Shown here in pieces: positions 43,701 through 60,500 of a stretch of DNA of 64,000 nt. Source of the DNA: the human T2T-CHM13v2.0 reference genome, Homo sapiens. The stretch lies in assembly GCF_009914755.1 (NCBI RefSeq), contig NC_060946.1; one strand, written 5' to 3'. The translations under genes were made by a program, and so were the position numbers. Below the pieces are notes generated by a model that worked only from the letters and a program-made list of their open reading frames with translations, did not search any database and was not told where the DNA came from. Each line of letters opens with the position of its first letter. Positions within the stretch are counted from its first letter, which is position 1.

Positions 43701-45130
43701 AAACTGCTCAATCAAAATAAAGGCTTAACTCTGTGAGATGAATGCACACATCACAAAGAAGTTTCTAAGAATGCTTCTGTCTAGTTTTTATGTGAAGATA
43801 TTTCCTTTTCCACCATTAGCCTCAAAGCGCTCCAAATGTCCACTTCCACATTCAACAAAAAGAGAGTTTCAAAACTGCTCAATCAAAAATAAGAGTTAAC
43901 CCTGTGAGATGAATGCACACATCCCAAAGAAGTTTCTCAGTTTGCTTCTGTCTAGATTTTATGTGAAGATATTTCCTTTTCTAACTTAGGCTTCAAAACC
44001 CTTCAAAGTCCACGTACAGAATCTACAAAAAGAGTGCTTCCATAATTCTTAATCAAAAGAAAGGTTCAACTCTGTGAGATGAACGCACACATCACAAAGA
44101 AGTTTCTCAGAATTCTTCTCTCTAGTTTTTATGTGAAGATATTTCCTTTTCCACCATAGGCCTCAAAGCACTCCAAATGTCCACTTGCAGATTCTACAAA
44201 AAAAGAGTTTCAAAAGTGCTCAATCAAAAGAACGGTTTAACTCTGTGAGATGAATGCACACATCACAAAGAGGTTTCTCACATTGGTTCTGTCTAGATTT
44301 TATGTGAAGATATTTCCTTTTATAACGTAGGCCACAAAGCGCTCCTAATGTCCACTTGCAGATTCTACAAAAAGAGTGTCTGCAAACTGCTCAATCAAAA
44401 GAAGTTTCAACTCTATGAGAAGAACGCACACATCACAAAGAAGTTTCTCAGAATTCTTCTGTCTAGTTTTTATGTGAAGATATTTCTTTTCCCACTGTAG
44501 GCCTCAAAGCACTCAAAATGTCCACTTGCAGATTCTACAAAAAGACGGCTTCAAAACGACTCAACCAAAAGAAAGGTTTGACTCTGTGAGATGAATGCAC
44601 ACATCACAAAGAAGTTTCTGAGATTGCTTCTGTCTAGATTTTATGTGAAGATATTTCCTTTTCTACCATAGGCAACAAAGCACTCCAATAGTCTACTTGC
44701 AGATTCTACAAAAAGAATGTTTCTAAACTGCTCAATCAAAAGGAAGATTCAACTTTGTGAGATAAACGCATAAATCACAAAGGAGATTCTCAGAATTCTT
44801 CTGTCAAGTTTTTATGTGAAGATATTTCCTTTTCCATCATAGGCCTCAAAACGATCTAAATGTCCACTTGCAAATACTTCAAAAACAGAGTTTCAAAACT
44901 GCTCAGTCAAAAGAAAGTTTGAACTCTGTGAGATGAAAGCACACATCACAAAGAAGTTTCTCAGATTGCTTCTGTCTAGATTTTTTGTGAAGATATTACC
45001 TTTTCTACCATAGTCCCCATAGCGCTGCAAATGTCCACTTGCAGAATCTACAAAAAGGGTGTTTCAAAACTTCTCAATCAAAAGAAAGTTTCAACTCTTT
45101 GAGATGAAGGCACACATTACAAAGAAGATT
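34731..45130 (-). repeat. Alpha satellite, A-type only, older layer, block 2 (SF4/SF6-like) with alternating variants
   Basis: No CENP-B-box monomers seen. GAGATGAATG throughout. CAGATTGCTTCTGTCTAGATTTT monomers alternate with CAGAATTCTTCTGTCTAGTTTTT monomers. Confidence 0.88.
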
Positions 45131-46434
45131 CTAAGAATGCTTCTGTCTAGTTTTTATTGGAAGACATTTTCTTTTCCACGGTAGTGCTGAAAGCGCTCCA
45201 AATGTCCACTAGCAGATTATACGAAAAGAGTGTTTCAAGCCTGCTCTATCAAAAGAAAGGTTCAAATCTGTGAGTTGAATGCACACAGCACAAAGAAGTT
45301 TCTGAGAAAGCTTCTGTCTAGTGATTATGTGAAAATATTCCCGTTTCCAATGAAGGCTGGTAAGCAGTCCAAATATCCACTAGCAGATGCTACGAAAAGA
45401 GTGTTTCAAAACTGCTCTGTGATACAGTATGTCCAAATATGTGAGTTGAAAGCAAACATCACAAAGAAGTTTCTGAGAAATCTTCTGTCTAGTTTTTATG
45501 TGAAGATATTTCCTTCTCCACCATAGGCCTCAAGGCGTTCCAAATGTCCACTTGCAGATTCTACAAAAAGAGTGTTTCTAACCTGTTCTATCAAAAGAAA
45601 GGTTCAACTCTGTGAGTTGAATGCACACATCACATAGAAGTTTCTGAGAATGCTTCTGTCTAGTTTTCATGTGAAGATATTTCCTTTTCCACCATAAGCC
45701 TCAAAGTTCAGAAATGTCCACTTGCAGATTCTACAAAAAGAGTGTTTCAAAACTGCCCTATCAAAAGAAATGTACAACTCTGTGAGTTGAATGCACACAT
45801 CAAAAAGAAGTTTCTGAGAATGTTTCTGTCTTGTTTTCATATGAAGATATTCCCGTTTCCAACGAATGCCTCAAAGCAGTCCAAATATCCACTAGCAGAT
45901 TCTACAAAAAGAGCATTTCAAAACTGCTCTATGACAAATTATGTTCAACTCTGTGAGTAGTTGAATGCAAACATCACAAAGAAGTTTCTGAGAATGCTTC
46001 TGTCCAGTGTTTATCTGAAGATATTCCCGTTTCAAACGAAGACCTCAAAGCAGTACAAATATCCACTTGCAGATACTAAAAAAAGAGTGTTTCAAACCTG
46101 CTCTATCAAAAGAAAGGTTCAACTCTGTGAGTTGAAGGCACACATCACAAAGAAGTTTCTGAGAATGCTTCTGTCTAGTGTTTATGTGAAGATATTCCCG
46201 TTTCAAACGAAGGCCTCAAAGCAGTACAAATAACCACTTGCAGATACTACAAAAAGAGTGTTTCAAAACTGATCTATCAATAGAAAGTTTCAACTCTGTT
46301 AGTTGAATGTACACATCACAAAAAATTTCTTAGAATGCTACTGTCTAGTTTTTATGTGAAGATATTCCCGTTTCCATCGAAGGCCTCTAAGTGGTCCAAA
46401 TATCTGCTTGCAGATTCTTCTAAAAGAGTTTTTC
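45131..46434 (-). repeat. Alpha satellite, SF5-like layer resumes
   Basis: Return of TCCCGTTTCCAA B-type monomers, CTGCTCTAT and GAGTTGAATG. Confidence 0.92.
46422..46434. repeat. Target-site duplication of L1-B (partner at 54551-54563)
   Basis: AAAAGAGTTTTTC is exact at both positions. The site CT/AAAA fits the L1 endonuclease consensus TT/AAAA, and the satellite resumes in register. Confidence 0.96.
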
Positions 46435-47341
46435 GGATGGAGGAGCCAAGATAGCTGAATAGGAACAGCTCCAGTCTACAGCTCCCACCATGAGCGATGC
46501 AGAAAATGGGTGACTTCTGCATTTCCATCTGAGGTACCGGGTTCATCTCACTAGGGAATGCCAGACAGTGGGCGCAGGTCAGTGGGTGCACTCACCATGT
46601 GCAAGCCGAAGCAGGGCGAGGCATTGCCTCATTTGGGAAGTGCAAGAGGTCAGGGAGTTCCCTTTCTGAGTCAAAGAAAGGGGTGACGGACGCACCTGGA
46701 AAATCGGGTCACTCCCACCCAAATATTGTGCTTTTTGGACCGGCTTAGAAAACGGCCCACCACGAGATTATATCCCGCACCTGGCTAGGAGGGTCCTATG
46801 CCCACAGAGTCCAGCTGATTGCTAGCACAGCAGTCTGAGATCAAACTGCAAAGTGGCAGTGAGGCTGGGGGAGGGGCGCCTGCTATTGCCCAGGCTTGAT
46901 TAGGCAAACAAAGCAGCCAGGAAGCTCCAACTGGGTGGAGCCCACCACAGCTCAAGGAGGCCTGCCTGCCTCTGTAGGCTCCACCTCTGGGGGCAGGGCA
47001 CAGACAAACAAAAAGACAGCAGTAACCTCTGCAGACTTAAATGTCCCTGTCTGACAGCTTTGAAGAGAGCAGTGGTTCTCCCAGAATGCAGCTGGAGATC
47101 TGAGAACGGGCAGACTGCCTCCTCAAGTGGGTCCTTGACCCCTGACCCCCGAGCAGCCTAACTGGAAGGCACCCCCCAGCAGGGGCACACTGACACCTCA
47201 CACGGCAGGGTATTCCAACAGACTTGCAGCTGAGGGTCCTGTCTGGTAGAAGGAAAACTAACAAACAGAAAGGACATCCACACCAAAAACCCATCTGTAC
47301 ATCACCATCATCAAAGACCAAAAGTAGATAAAACCACAAAG
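46435..47341 (+). promoter_or_regulatory. L1-B 5'UTR promoter region; YY1 site mutated and ORF0 start lost
   Basis: AAGATAGCTG at ~46448-46457. The antisense ORF0 ATG reads ATA (TAT at 46884-46886). Confidence 0.85.
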
Positions 47342-48357
47342 ATGGGGAAAAAACAGAACGGAAAAACTGGAAACTCTAAAACGCAGAGTGCCTCTCCTCC
47401 TCCAAAGGAACGCAGGTCCTCACCAGCAACGGAACAAAGCTGGATGGAGAATGACTTTGACGAGCTGAGAGAAGAAGGCTTCAGATGATCAAATTACTCT
47501 GAGCTACAGGAAGACATTCAAACCAAAGGCAAAGAAGTTGAAAATGTTGAAAAAAATTTAGAAGAATGTATAACTAGAATAACCAATACAGAGAAGTGCT
47601 TAAAGGAGATGATGGAGCTGAAAACCAAGGCTCAAGAACTACGTGAAGAATGTAGAAGCCTCAGGAGCTGATGCAATCAACTGGAAGAAAGTGTATCAGC
47701 AATGGAAGATGAAATGAATGAAATGAAGTGAGAAGGGAAGTTTAGAGAAAAAAGAATAAAAAGAAATGAGCAAAGCCTCCAAGAAATATGGGACTATGTG
47801 AAAAGACCAAATCTAAGTCTGATTGGTGTACCTGAAAGTGATGGGGAGAATGGAACCAAGTTGGAAAACACGCTGCAGGCTATTATCCAGGAGAACTTCC
47901 CCAATCTAGCAAGGTAGGCCAACATTCAGATTCAGGAAATACAGAGAACGCCACAAAGATACTCCTTGAGAACAGCAACTCCAAGGCAGATAATTGTCAG
48001 ATTCACCAAAGTTGAAATGAAGGAAAAAATGTTAAGGGCAACCAGAGAGAAAGGTCGGGTTACCCTCAAAGGGAAGCCCATCAGACTAACAGCAGATCTT
48101 TGGCAGAAACCCTACAAGCCAGAAGAGAGTGGGGGTCAATATTCAACATTCTTAAAGAAAAGAATTTTCAACCCAGAATTTCATATCCAGCCAAACTAAG
48201 CTTCATAAGTGAAGGAGAAATAAAATACTTTACAGACAAGCAAATGCTGAGAGATTTTGTCACCACCACGCCTGCCCTAAAAGAGCTCCTGAAGGAAACG
48301 CTAAACATGGAAAGGAACAACCGGTACCAGTCACTGCAAAATCATGCCAAAATGTAA
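47342..48357 (+). pseudogene. L1-B ORF1, disrupted
   Basis: ATG at 47342. In-frame stops TGA 47486, TGA 47669, TGA 47729 and TAG 47915. Frameshift near 48100. Terminal NHAKM*. Confidence 0.96.
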
Positions 48358-48393
48358 AGAGCATCGAGACTAGGAAGAAACTGCATTAACTAA

Positions 48394-52152
<3,759 letters not shown>

Positions 52153-52485
52153 GGACATGGATGAAATTGGAAATCATCATTCTCAGTAAACTATCGCAAG
52201 AACAAAAAACCAAACACCGCATATTCTAACTCATAGGTGGGAATTGAACAGTGAGATCACATGGACACAGGAAGGGGAATATCACACTCTGGGGACTGTG
52301 GTGGGGTGGGTGGAGGGGGGAGGGATAGCATTGGGAGATATACCTAATGCTAGATGACGAGTTAGTGGGTGCAGCGCACCAGCATGGCACATGTATACAT
52401 ATGTAACTAACCTGCACAATGTGCACATGTACCCTAAAACTTAAAGTATAATTTAAAAAAAAAAAGGAAAAAAAAGAAAAAAAAA

Positions 52486-53080
52486 CAATGCAAATTGCAT
52501 GTAAGCATATGAAAAGATGCTTATCATATGTCATCAAGGAAATGCATATTTAAACAACAATGAGATACCAAAACACATCCATTAGAATAATCAAAATTCA
52601 AAACACAGAAAGCACCAAATGCTGGCAAAGATGTAGAGCAACAAAAATTCTCATTCACTGCTGGTGGGAATGCAAAACAGTATATTTTCACTTTGGAAGA
52701 CAATGTGGCAGTTTCTTAGAAAACTAAACAGAGTCTTACCATGCAATTCAGCCATTGCACTCTTTGTCATTTACCCAAATGAGTTCAAAACTTATGTTCA
52801 CACAAAGACTTGCTGGTGAATATTTATAGCATTTTCACTTATGATTTCCAAGACTCGGAATCAAACAACATATTCTTCAGAAGGTGAATCAACAAATAAA
52901 CTGTGCTATATCCAATGAAATATTCAGTGCTAAAAAGAAATGAGTTATGATATCAAGCTATGAAATGACACGAAGGAAACTTAAATGTATATTACTAAGT
53001 AAAAGAAGCCAATCTGAAAAGGCTACATACTGTATTGTTCCAACTTTATAACATCCTGGAAAAGGTAAAGTATGAAGTGA
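52486..53080 (+). mobile_element. Old L1M (L1MC-like) 3' fragment inside the transduced DNA
   Basis: Degenerate ORF2-end/3'UTR motifs: CATATGAAAAGATGCT, GCTGGTGGGAATGCAAAA, AAAGAAGCCAATCTGAAAAGGCTACATACTGTAT, CTGGAAAAGG. Confidence 0.8.
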
Positions 53081-54525
53081 AATCACAAAGCAGGCTGTGA
53101 AAAAACAAAAAGGCTGGATGTGCAGAGGCCTGCAGAGGACAGAAGGCTCTTCCAGTGCATAGGCGTTTATCCAGGAAGTACTCTTAGGTGTCATAGGTCA
53201 TAAATGAAGAATATGTGTTAAAATCACTGTAGCCAAAATGTTATATTGTGAAGTGAGTCATTTTATTACAAATGTTGCCCCCTCAATGTTCAACTCTGTA
53301 GCTTGATGTGGATAAAATGTCTTTTTCTCCTTGCGATTTTTGTGCTTATGCATTCTGGAGAACTGATAAAATCAGAGTCCTCAGAAAAATAGCGTATCTT
53401 GACAACCACTCAAGTTGTTTTATTTCTCTATTGTATCTGTGTATATATGTTTTTAAAATAACCATTAAATCCTGTAATACTGCTATTTTATTGAAGATTG
53501 GAGATAAAACTTAGAAATATATTCCTAATGAACAGAGATTCTAAAATGCCAGTTAACTTACTTACCATGTCAAAGCAAATAAGCAAAAGAAAATAAAAAC
53601 CTGCTTTGTTTTTCCATCACCCACATATCCGTCCTCCTTCTCCACCCTCATTTAAAGTCTGTTTCTGTTCATTTTGACATAGAAGCAGGAGTGAGCAATA
53701 TGCCATGTTATTAATGTGTTTACAAACTATTTTATAATTAGTAATAGTTTCATATCTAATTTTCTAAAATACATATTTCCTTATTTTTATCTTAGAAACA
53801 AAGTTATTTCTTCCAGAAAATAGAAATGTTCTATGTAAACATTTAAATTTTCTCATTAAATTATATATCAGTCTTCTCAAAATTGAACTTATTTAATCAT
53901 GATCTGTCTTGATTTCACAACTTTCTTCCTTAGGAAATTATTCTTTACTAAAACTAAAAATCATTCAAAGATTCAAATAAATTTTGAAAATATTATATCT
54001 CATAATAATTTCCTGAACTAAAAAAATAACAATAGAAAGAGATACTTTCATCAGTACATGGTAAAGCAAGCAGTAATCTGGCAGGGTGATTATAGTATAC
54101 TCTAGGAACCAAACATCATTTCTACATCCTAAATTATTATTTGTTCAATGATTTATTATTCGGAGGACTCAAATAAAGATAATAAAATTTTGAAGATTCT
54201 TAATTATATGTATATGTAATGGATGTATGTATGTACAAACCATACACATTAAAGCATCATCAGGTATAAATATTTTTAAATCCCTACATTATTTTAGCAT
54301 AATTAATTTTTGTACTTTATTATTATGTATGTTATTATATTTAAGACGTAAAAATTTATATTTAAAGTTTTAGCTTCAAATTATTTTGAAAAATGGGAGG
54401 GGGTTGTATTTCACATCTTTCACATCAGGTATGTCACCTCAAGACAAGTTAAACAACAGAAAAATTGTTCACACTTCCAAAGAATTTGTAACACAGAAAA
54501 GAAAAAAAATGTGTATGTACTCAAC

Positions 54526-54531
54526 ATTAAA
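54526..54531 (+). terminator. Polyadenylation signal (ATTAAA) apparently used by the read-through transcript
   Basis: Positioned 13 nt upstream of the terminal A-run and TSD. Confidence 0.75.
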
Positions 54532-54550
54532 ATCTGTTTGAGATAAAAAA

Positions 54551-57500
54551 AAAAGAGTTTTTCAAAACTGCTCTATCAAGAGAAAGGTTCAACTCAGTGA
54601 GCTGAATGTACACATCACAAACAAGTTTCTGAGAATGATGCTGTCTAGTTTTTATTTGAAGATATTCCCTTTTCCAACGAAGGCCTCAAGGCATTCCAAA
54701 TATCCACTTGCAGATTCAACTAAAAGAGTGTTTCAAAACAGCTCTATGATAACATATGTTCAATTCTGTGAGTTGAATGCAAACATCACAAAGAAGTTTC
54801 TGAGAAAGCTTCTAGCTAATTTTTATTGGAAGATATTTCCTTTTCCACCATAGGCCTCAAAGCACTTTAAATGTCTAGTTACAGATTGTACAAAAAGTGT
54901 GTTTCAAACCTGCTCTATGAAAAGTAAGGTTCAACTCTGTGATTTTAATGCACACAACACAAAGAAGTTTCAGAGAACCCTTGTCTAGTGATTATGTGAA
55001 GATATTCCCATTTCCATTGAATGCCTCAAAGCAGTCCAAATATCCACTTCAGATTCTACTAAAGGAGTGTTTCAAAACTGATCTATGAAAAGGAAGTTTC
55101 AACTCTGAATTGAATGCAAACATCAAAAAGAATTTTCTGAGAATGCTTCTGTCTAGTTTTTAAGTGAAGATATTTCCTTTTCCACCATAGGCCACAAAGC
55201 ACTCCAAATGTCCACTTGGAGATTCTACAAAATGAGTGTTTCAAACCTGCTCTATCAAAAGAAAGGTTCAGCTCTGTGAGTTGAATGCACACATCACAAA
55301 GAAGTTTCTGAGAATGCCTCTGTTTAGTACTTATGTGAAGATATTCCCATTTCCAACAAAGACCTCAAAGCAGTCCAAATATCCACTTGCAGATTCTACA
55401 AAGAGTGTTTCAAAAGGGCTCTATGAAATGGTATGTTCAACTCTGTGAGTGGAATGCGAACATCACAGAGAAGTTTCTGAGAATTGTTCTGTCTCGTTTT
55501 TATATAAAGATATTTCCTTTTCCACCATAGGCCTCAAAGCTCTCCAAATGTCCACTTGCAGATTCTACAAAAAGAGAGTTTCAATCCTGCTCTATCAAAA
55601 GAAAGGTTCATCTCTGTGAGTTGAATGCACACATCACAAAGAAGTTTCTGAGCATGCTTCTGCTAGTATTTATGTGAATATCTTCCCGCTTCCAACGAAG
55701 GCCTCAAAGCGGTCCAAATATCCTCTTGCCAATTCTAAAAAAAGAGTGTTTCAAACCTGCACTATCAAAAGAAAGGTTCAACTCTGTGCACTGAATGTAC
55801 ACATCACAAAGAAGTTTCTGAGAATGCTCCTGTATAGTTTTTATGTGAAGATATTCTCATTTCCAACGAAGGCCTCAAAGCGTTCCAAATATCCACTTGA
55901 AGATTCTACTAAAGAGTGTTTCAAAACTGCTCAGTGATAAAGTATTTTCAACTCTGTGAGTTGAAGGCAAACATGGCAAATGAGTTTCTGAGAATGCTTC
56001 TGTCTAGTTTTTATGGGAAGTTATTTCCTTTTCCACTGTAGGCCTGAAAGCGCTCCAAATGTCCACTTGAGATTCTGCAAAAAGAGTGTTTCAAACCTGC
56101 TCTATCAAAAGAAAGCTTCAAGTCTGTGAGTTGAATCTACACATCACAAAGAAGTTTCTGAGAATGCTTCTGTCTAGTGTTTATGTGAAGATATAACCGA
56201 TTCCAACAAAGGCCTCAAAGCTCTCCAAATTTCCACTTGCAGTTTCTACAAAAAGAGTGTTTCAAAACTGCTCTATGAAATGGTATGTTCAACTCTGTGA
56301 GTTGAATACCAACATCACAAAGAAGTTTCTGAGAATCCTTCTGTCTAGTTTTTGTGGGAAGTTATTTCCTTTTCCACCATAGACCTCAAAGCGCTCCAAA
56401 TGTCCACTTGCAGATTCTACAAAAAGAGTGTTTCAAACCTGCTCTCTAAAAAGAAACTTTCAACTCTGTGAGTTGAAGGCACACATCACAAAGAAGTTTG
56501 TGAGAATGCTTCTGTCTACTGTTTATGTGAATACATTTCCGTTTCAAACGAAGGCCTCACAGCAGTAAAAATATCCACTTGCAAATTCTCCAAAGGAGTG
56601 TTTCAAAACTGCTCTATGAAAAGAAATGTTCAACTCTGTGATTTGAATGTACACATCACAAAGAAGTTTCTGAGAATGCTGCTGTCTAGTTTTTATGTCA
56701 AGATATTCCCGTTTCCAACGAAGACCTCAAAGCGGTCCAAATATCCACTTACAGATTCTACTAAATGAGTGTTTCAAAACTGCTTTATTATAAGGTATGT
56801 TCAACTCTGTGAGTTGAATGCAAACATCACAAAGAAGTTTCTGAGAATACTTCTGTCTAGTTTTTATGTGAACTTATTTCCTTTTCCACCATAGGCCTCA
56901 AAGCGCTCCAGAGGTTCACTTACGGATTCTACAAAAACAGTGTTTCAAACCTGCTCTGTCAAAAGAAAGGTTCAACTCTGTGAGTTGAATGTACACAACA
57001 CAAAGAAGTTTCTGAGAATGCTTCTGTCTAATTTTTATATAAGGATATTCCCATTTCCAACTAAGGCCACTAAGCTGTCAAAATATCCACTTGTAGATCC
57101 TACTAAAAGAGTGTATCAAAACTGCTCTGTGACAAAGTATGTCCAACTCTGTGAGTTGAATGCAAACGTCACAAAGAAGTTTCTGAGAACGCTTCTATCT
57201 AGCTTTTATGTGAAGATATTTCCTTTTCCACCGTAGGGCTTAAAGCGCTCCAAATGTCCACTTGCAGATTATAAAAAAAGAGTGTTTCAAACCTGCTCTA
57301 TCAAAAGAAAGGTTCAAATCTGTGAGTTGAATGCACACAGCACAAAGAAGTTTCTGAGAAAGCTTCTTTCTAGTGATTATGTGAAGATATTCCCGTTTCC
57401 AATGAAGGCTGGTAAGAGGTCCAAATATCCACTAGCAGATGCTACGAAAAGAGTGTTTCAAAACTGCTCTATGATACAGTATGTCCAAATCTGTGAGTTG

Positions 57501-60500
57501 AAAGCAAACATCACAAAGAAGATTCTGAGAATTCTTCTGTCTAGTTTTTATGTGAAGATATTTCCTTCTCCACCATAGGCCTCAAGGCGTTCCAAATGTC
57601 CACTTGCAGATTCTACAAAAAGAGTGTTTCTAACCTGTTCTATCAAAAGAAAGTTTCAACTCTGTGAGTTGAAAGCAAACATCACAAGAAGTTTCTGCGA
57701 ATGCTTCTGTCTAGTGTTTATGTGAAGATATTCCTGTTTCCAACGAAGGCCTCAAAGCAGTCAAAATGTCCACTTGTAGATTCTGAAAAAAGAGTGTTTC
57801 AAACATTCTATATCAAAAGAAAGGTTCAACTCTGTGAGATTAATGCACACATCACAAAGAAGTTTCTGAGAATGTTACTGTCTAGTTTTTATATGAACAT
57901 AATCCCGTTTCCAATGAAGACCTCAAAGCGTTCCAAATATCTACTAGCAGATTCTATGAAAAGGGTGTTTCAAAACTGCTCTATGAAAAGAAACGTTGAA
58001 ATCTGTGAGTTGAATGCAAACATCACAAAGAAGTTTCCGAGAATGCTTCTGTCTAGTTTTTGTGTGAAGATATTTCCTTTTCCAGCATAGGTCTCAAAGC
58101 CATCCAAATGTCCACTTGCAGATCCTACATAAGAGTGTTTCAAACCTGCTCTATCAAAAGAAAGGTACAACTCTGCGAGATGAACGCACACATCACAAAG
58201 AAGTTTCTGAGAATGCTTCTGTCTAGTTTTTATGTGAAGATATTCCTGTTTCCAACGAAGGCCTCAAAGCGGTCCAAATATCCACTTGCAAGTTCTACAA
58301 AGGAGAGTTTCAAAACTGCTCTATCAAAAGAAAGGTTCAATTCTGTGAGTTGAATGCAAGCACCACAAAGAAGTTTCCGAGAATGCTTCTCTCTAGTTCT
58401 TATGTGAAGATATTTCCGTTTCCAACAAAGGCCTCAAAGCGGTCCAAATATCCACTTGCAGATTCCACAAAAAGGGTGTTTCAAATTTGCTCCATGAAAA
58501 CATATGTTCAACTCTGTGAGTTGAATGCAAACACCACAAAGAAATTTCTGAGAATGCTTCTGTCTAGCTTTTGTGTGAAGTTATTTCTTTTTCCACCATG
58601 GGCCTCAAAGCTATCCAAATGTCCACTTGCAAATTCTACAAAAAGTGTGTTTCAAATATGCTCTATCAAAAGAAAGGTTCAACTCTGTGAGTTGAATGTA
58701 CACATAACTAAGAAGTTTCTGAGAATGCTTCTGTCTAGTTTTTTTGTAAAGATATTCCCGGTTCCAACGAAGGCCTCAAAGTGGTCCAAATATCCACTTG
58801 CAGATTCTACTAAAAGAGTGTGTCAATCCTGCTCTATGATAAAGTATCTTCAACTCTGTGAGTTGAACGCAAACATCACAAAGAAGTTTCTGAGAATGAT
58901 TCTGTCTACTTTTTATGTGAGGATATTTCTTTTTCGACCATAGGGCTCAAAGCTCTCCAAATGTCCACTTGCAGATTCTACAAAAACACTGTTTCGAAAC
59001 TGCTCTATCAAAAGAAAGGTTGAATTCTGTGAGTTGAATGCACACAGCACAAAGAAGTTTCTGAGAAAACTTCTCTCTAGTGATTATGTGAAGATATTCC
59101 CGTTTCCAACGAAAACCTCAAAGCGGTCCAAATATCCACTTGCAGATTCTACTAAAAGAGTGTTTCAAAACTGCTCTATGATAAAGTGTGTCCAACTCTG
59201 TGAGTGGAATACTAACATCACAAAGAAGTTTCTGAGAATGCATCTGTCTGGTTTTTATGTGAAGATATTTCCTTTTCCACCATAGACCTAAAAGCGCTTC
59301 AAATATCCACTTGCGGATTAGGCAAAAAGAGTGTTTCAAACCTACCCTATCAAAAGAAAGGTTCAACTCTGTGAGCTCAATTCGCACGTCACAAAGAGGT
59401 TTCTGAGAATGCTTCTGTCTAGTGATTATGTGAAGATATCCCATTTCCAACGATGGCCTAGAAGCGGTCCAAATATGCACTTGCAGATTCTACTAAAAGA
59501 GGGTTTCAAAACTGCTCTATGATAAAGTGTGTCCAACTCTGTGAGTGGAATACTAACATCACAAAGAAGTTTCTGAGAATGCTTTTGTCTAGTTTTTATG
59601 TGAAGATATTCCCGATAGCAACGAAAGCCTCAAAGCTATCCAATATCCACTTGCAGATACTACAAAAAGAGTGTTTCAAAACTGTTCTATCAAAAGAAAG
59701 GTTCAACTCTGGGAGTTGAATGTGCACATCACAAAGAAGATTCTGAGAATGCTGCTGTCTAGTTTTCAGATGAAGATATTCCCATTTCCAATGAAGGCCT
59801 CAAGGCTTTCAATATATCCAATTGCAGATTCCACTAAAAGAGTGTTTCAAAACTGCTCTATGATAAGGTATGTTCAACTCTGTGAGTTCAAGGCAAACAT
59901 CACAAAGAAGTTTCTGAGAATGCTTTTGTCTAGTTTTTATGGGAAGATATTTGCTTTTCCACAACAGGCCTCAAAGCTCTCCAAATGTTCACTTGCAGAC
60001 CCTACAAAAAGAGTGTGTCAAACCTGCTCTCTCAAAAGAAATTTCAACTCTGTGAGTTGAATTTGCACGTCACAAAGATGTTTCTGAGAATGCTTCTATC
60101 TAGTGATTATGTGAAGATATTCCCGTTTCCAATGAAAGCCTCAAAGCGGTCCAAATGTCCACTTGCAGATTCTACTAAAAGAGTATTTGATTACTGCTCT
60201 ATGATAAAGTGTGTCCAACTCTGTGAGTGGATTGCTGAATCACAAAGAAGTTTCTGAGAATGCTTCTGTCTAGTTTTTATGTGAATATATTCCCGTTTCC
60301 AATGAAAGCCTCAAAGCGGTCCAAATGTCCACTTGCAGATTCTACTAAAAGAGTATTTGATTACTGCTCTATGATAAAGTGTGTCCAACTCTGTGAGTGG
60401 ATTGCTGAATCACAAAGAAGTTTCTGAGAATGCTTCTGTCTAGTTTTTATGTGAAGATATTTCCATTTCAACCATAGGCCTCCAAGCGCTTCAAATATCC

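Larger units (their letters stand above)
52486..54550 (+). other. L1-mediated 3' transduction (~2.06 kb of non-satellite DNA) ending in a second poly(A)
   Basis: Lies between the L1 poly(A) and the downstream TSD. ATTAAA at 54526-54531 is followed 13 nt later by an A-run from 54545. Confidence 0.94.

Noticed and set aside
52291-52324. G-rich, G-quadruplex-like tract (mirror at ~5659-5692)
   Set aside because: Standard polypurine tract of the L1PA 3'UTR.
52958-53514. ORFs 52958-53194 (-) and 53308-53514 (+) in the transduced DNA
   Set aside because: Short, with no recognisable domain. One overlaps decayed L1M sequence, and there is no support for an exon.
54200-54250. TATG/TA-rich low-complexity run
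   Set aside because: Short, degenerate microsatellite-like sequence in AT-rich DNA with no sign of function.
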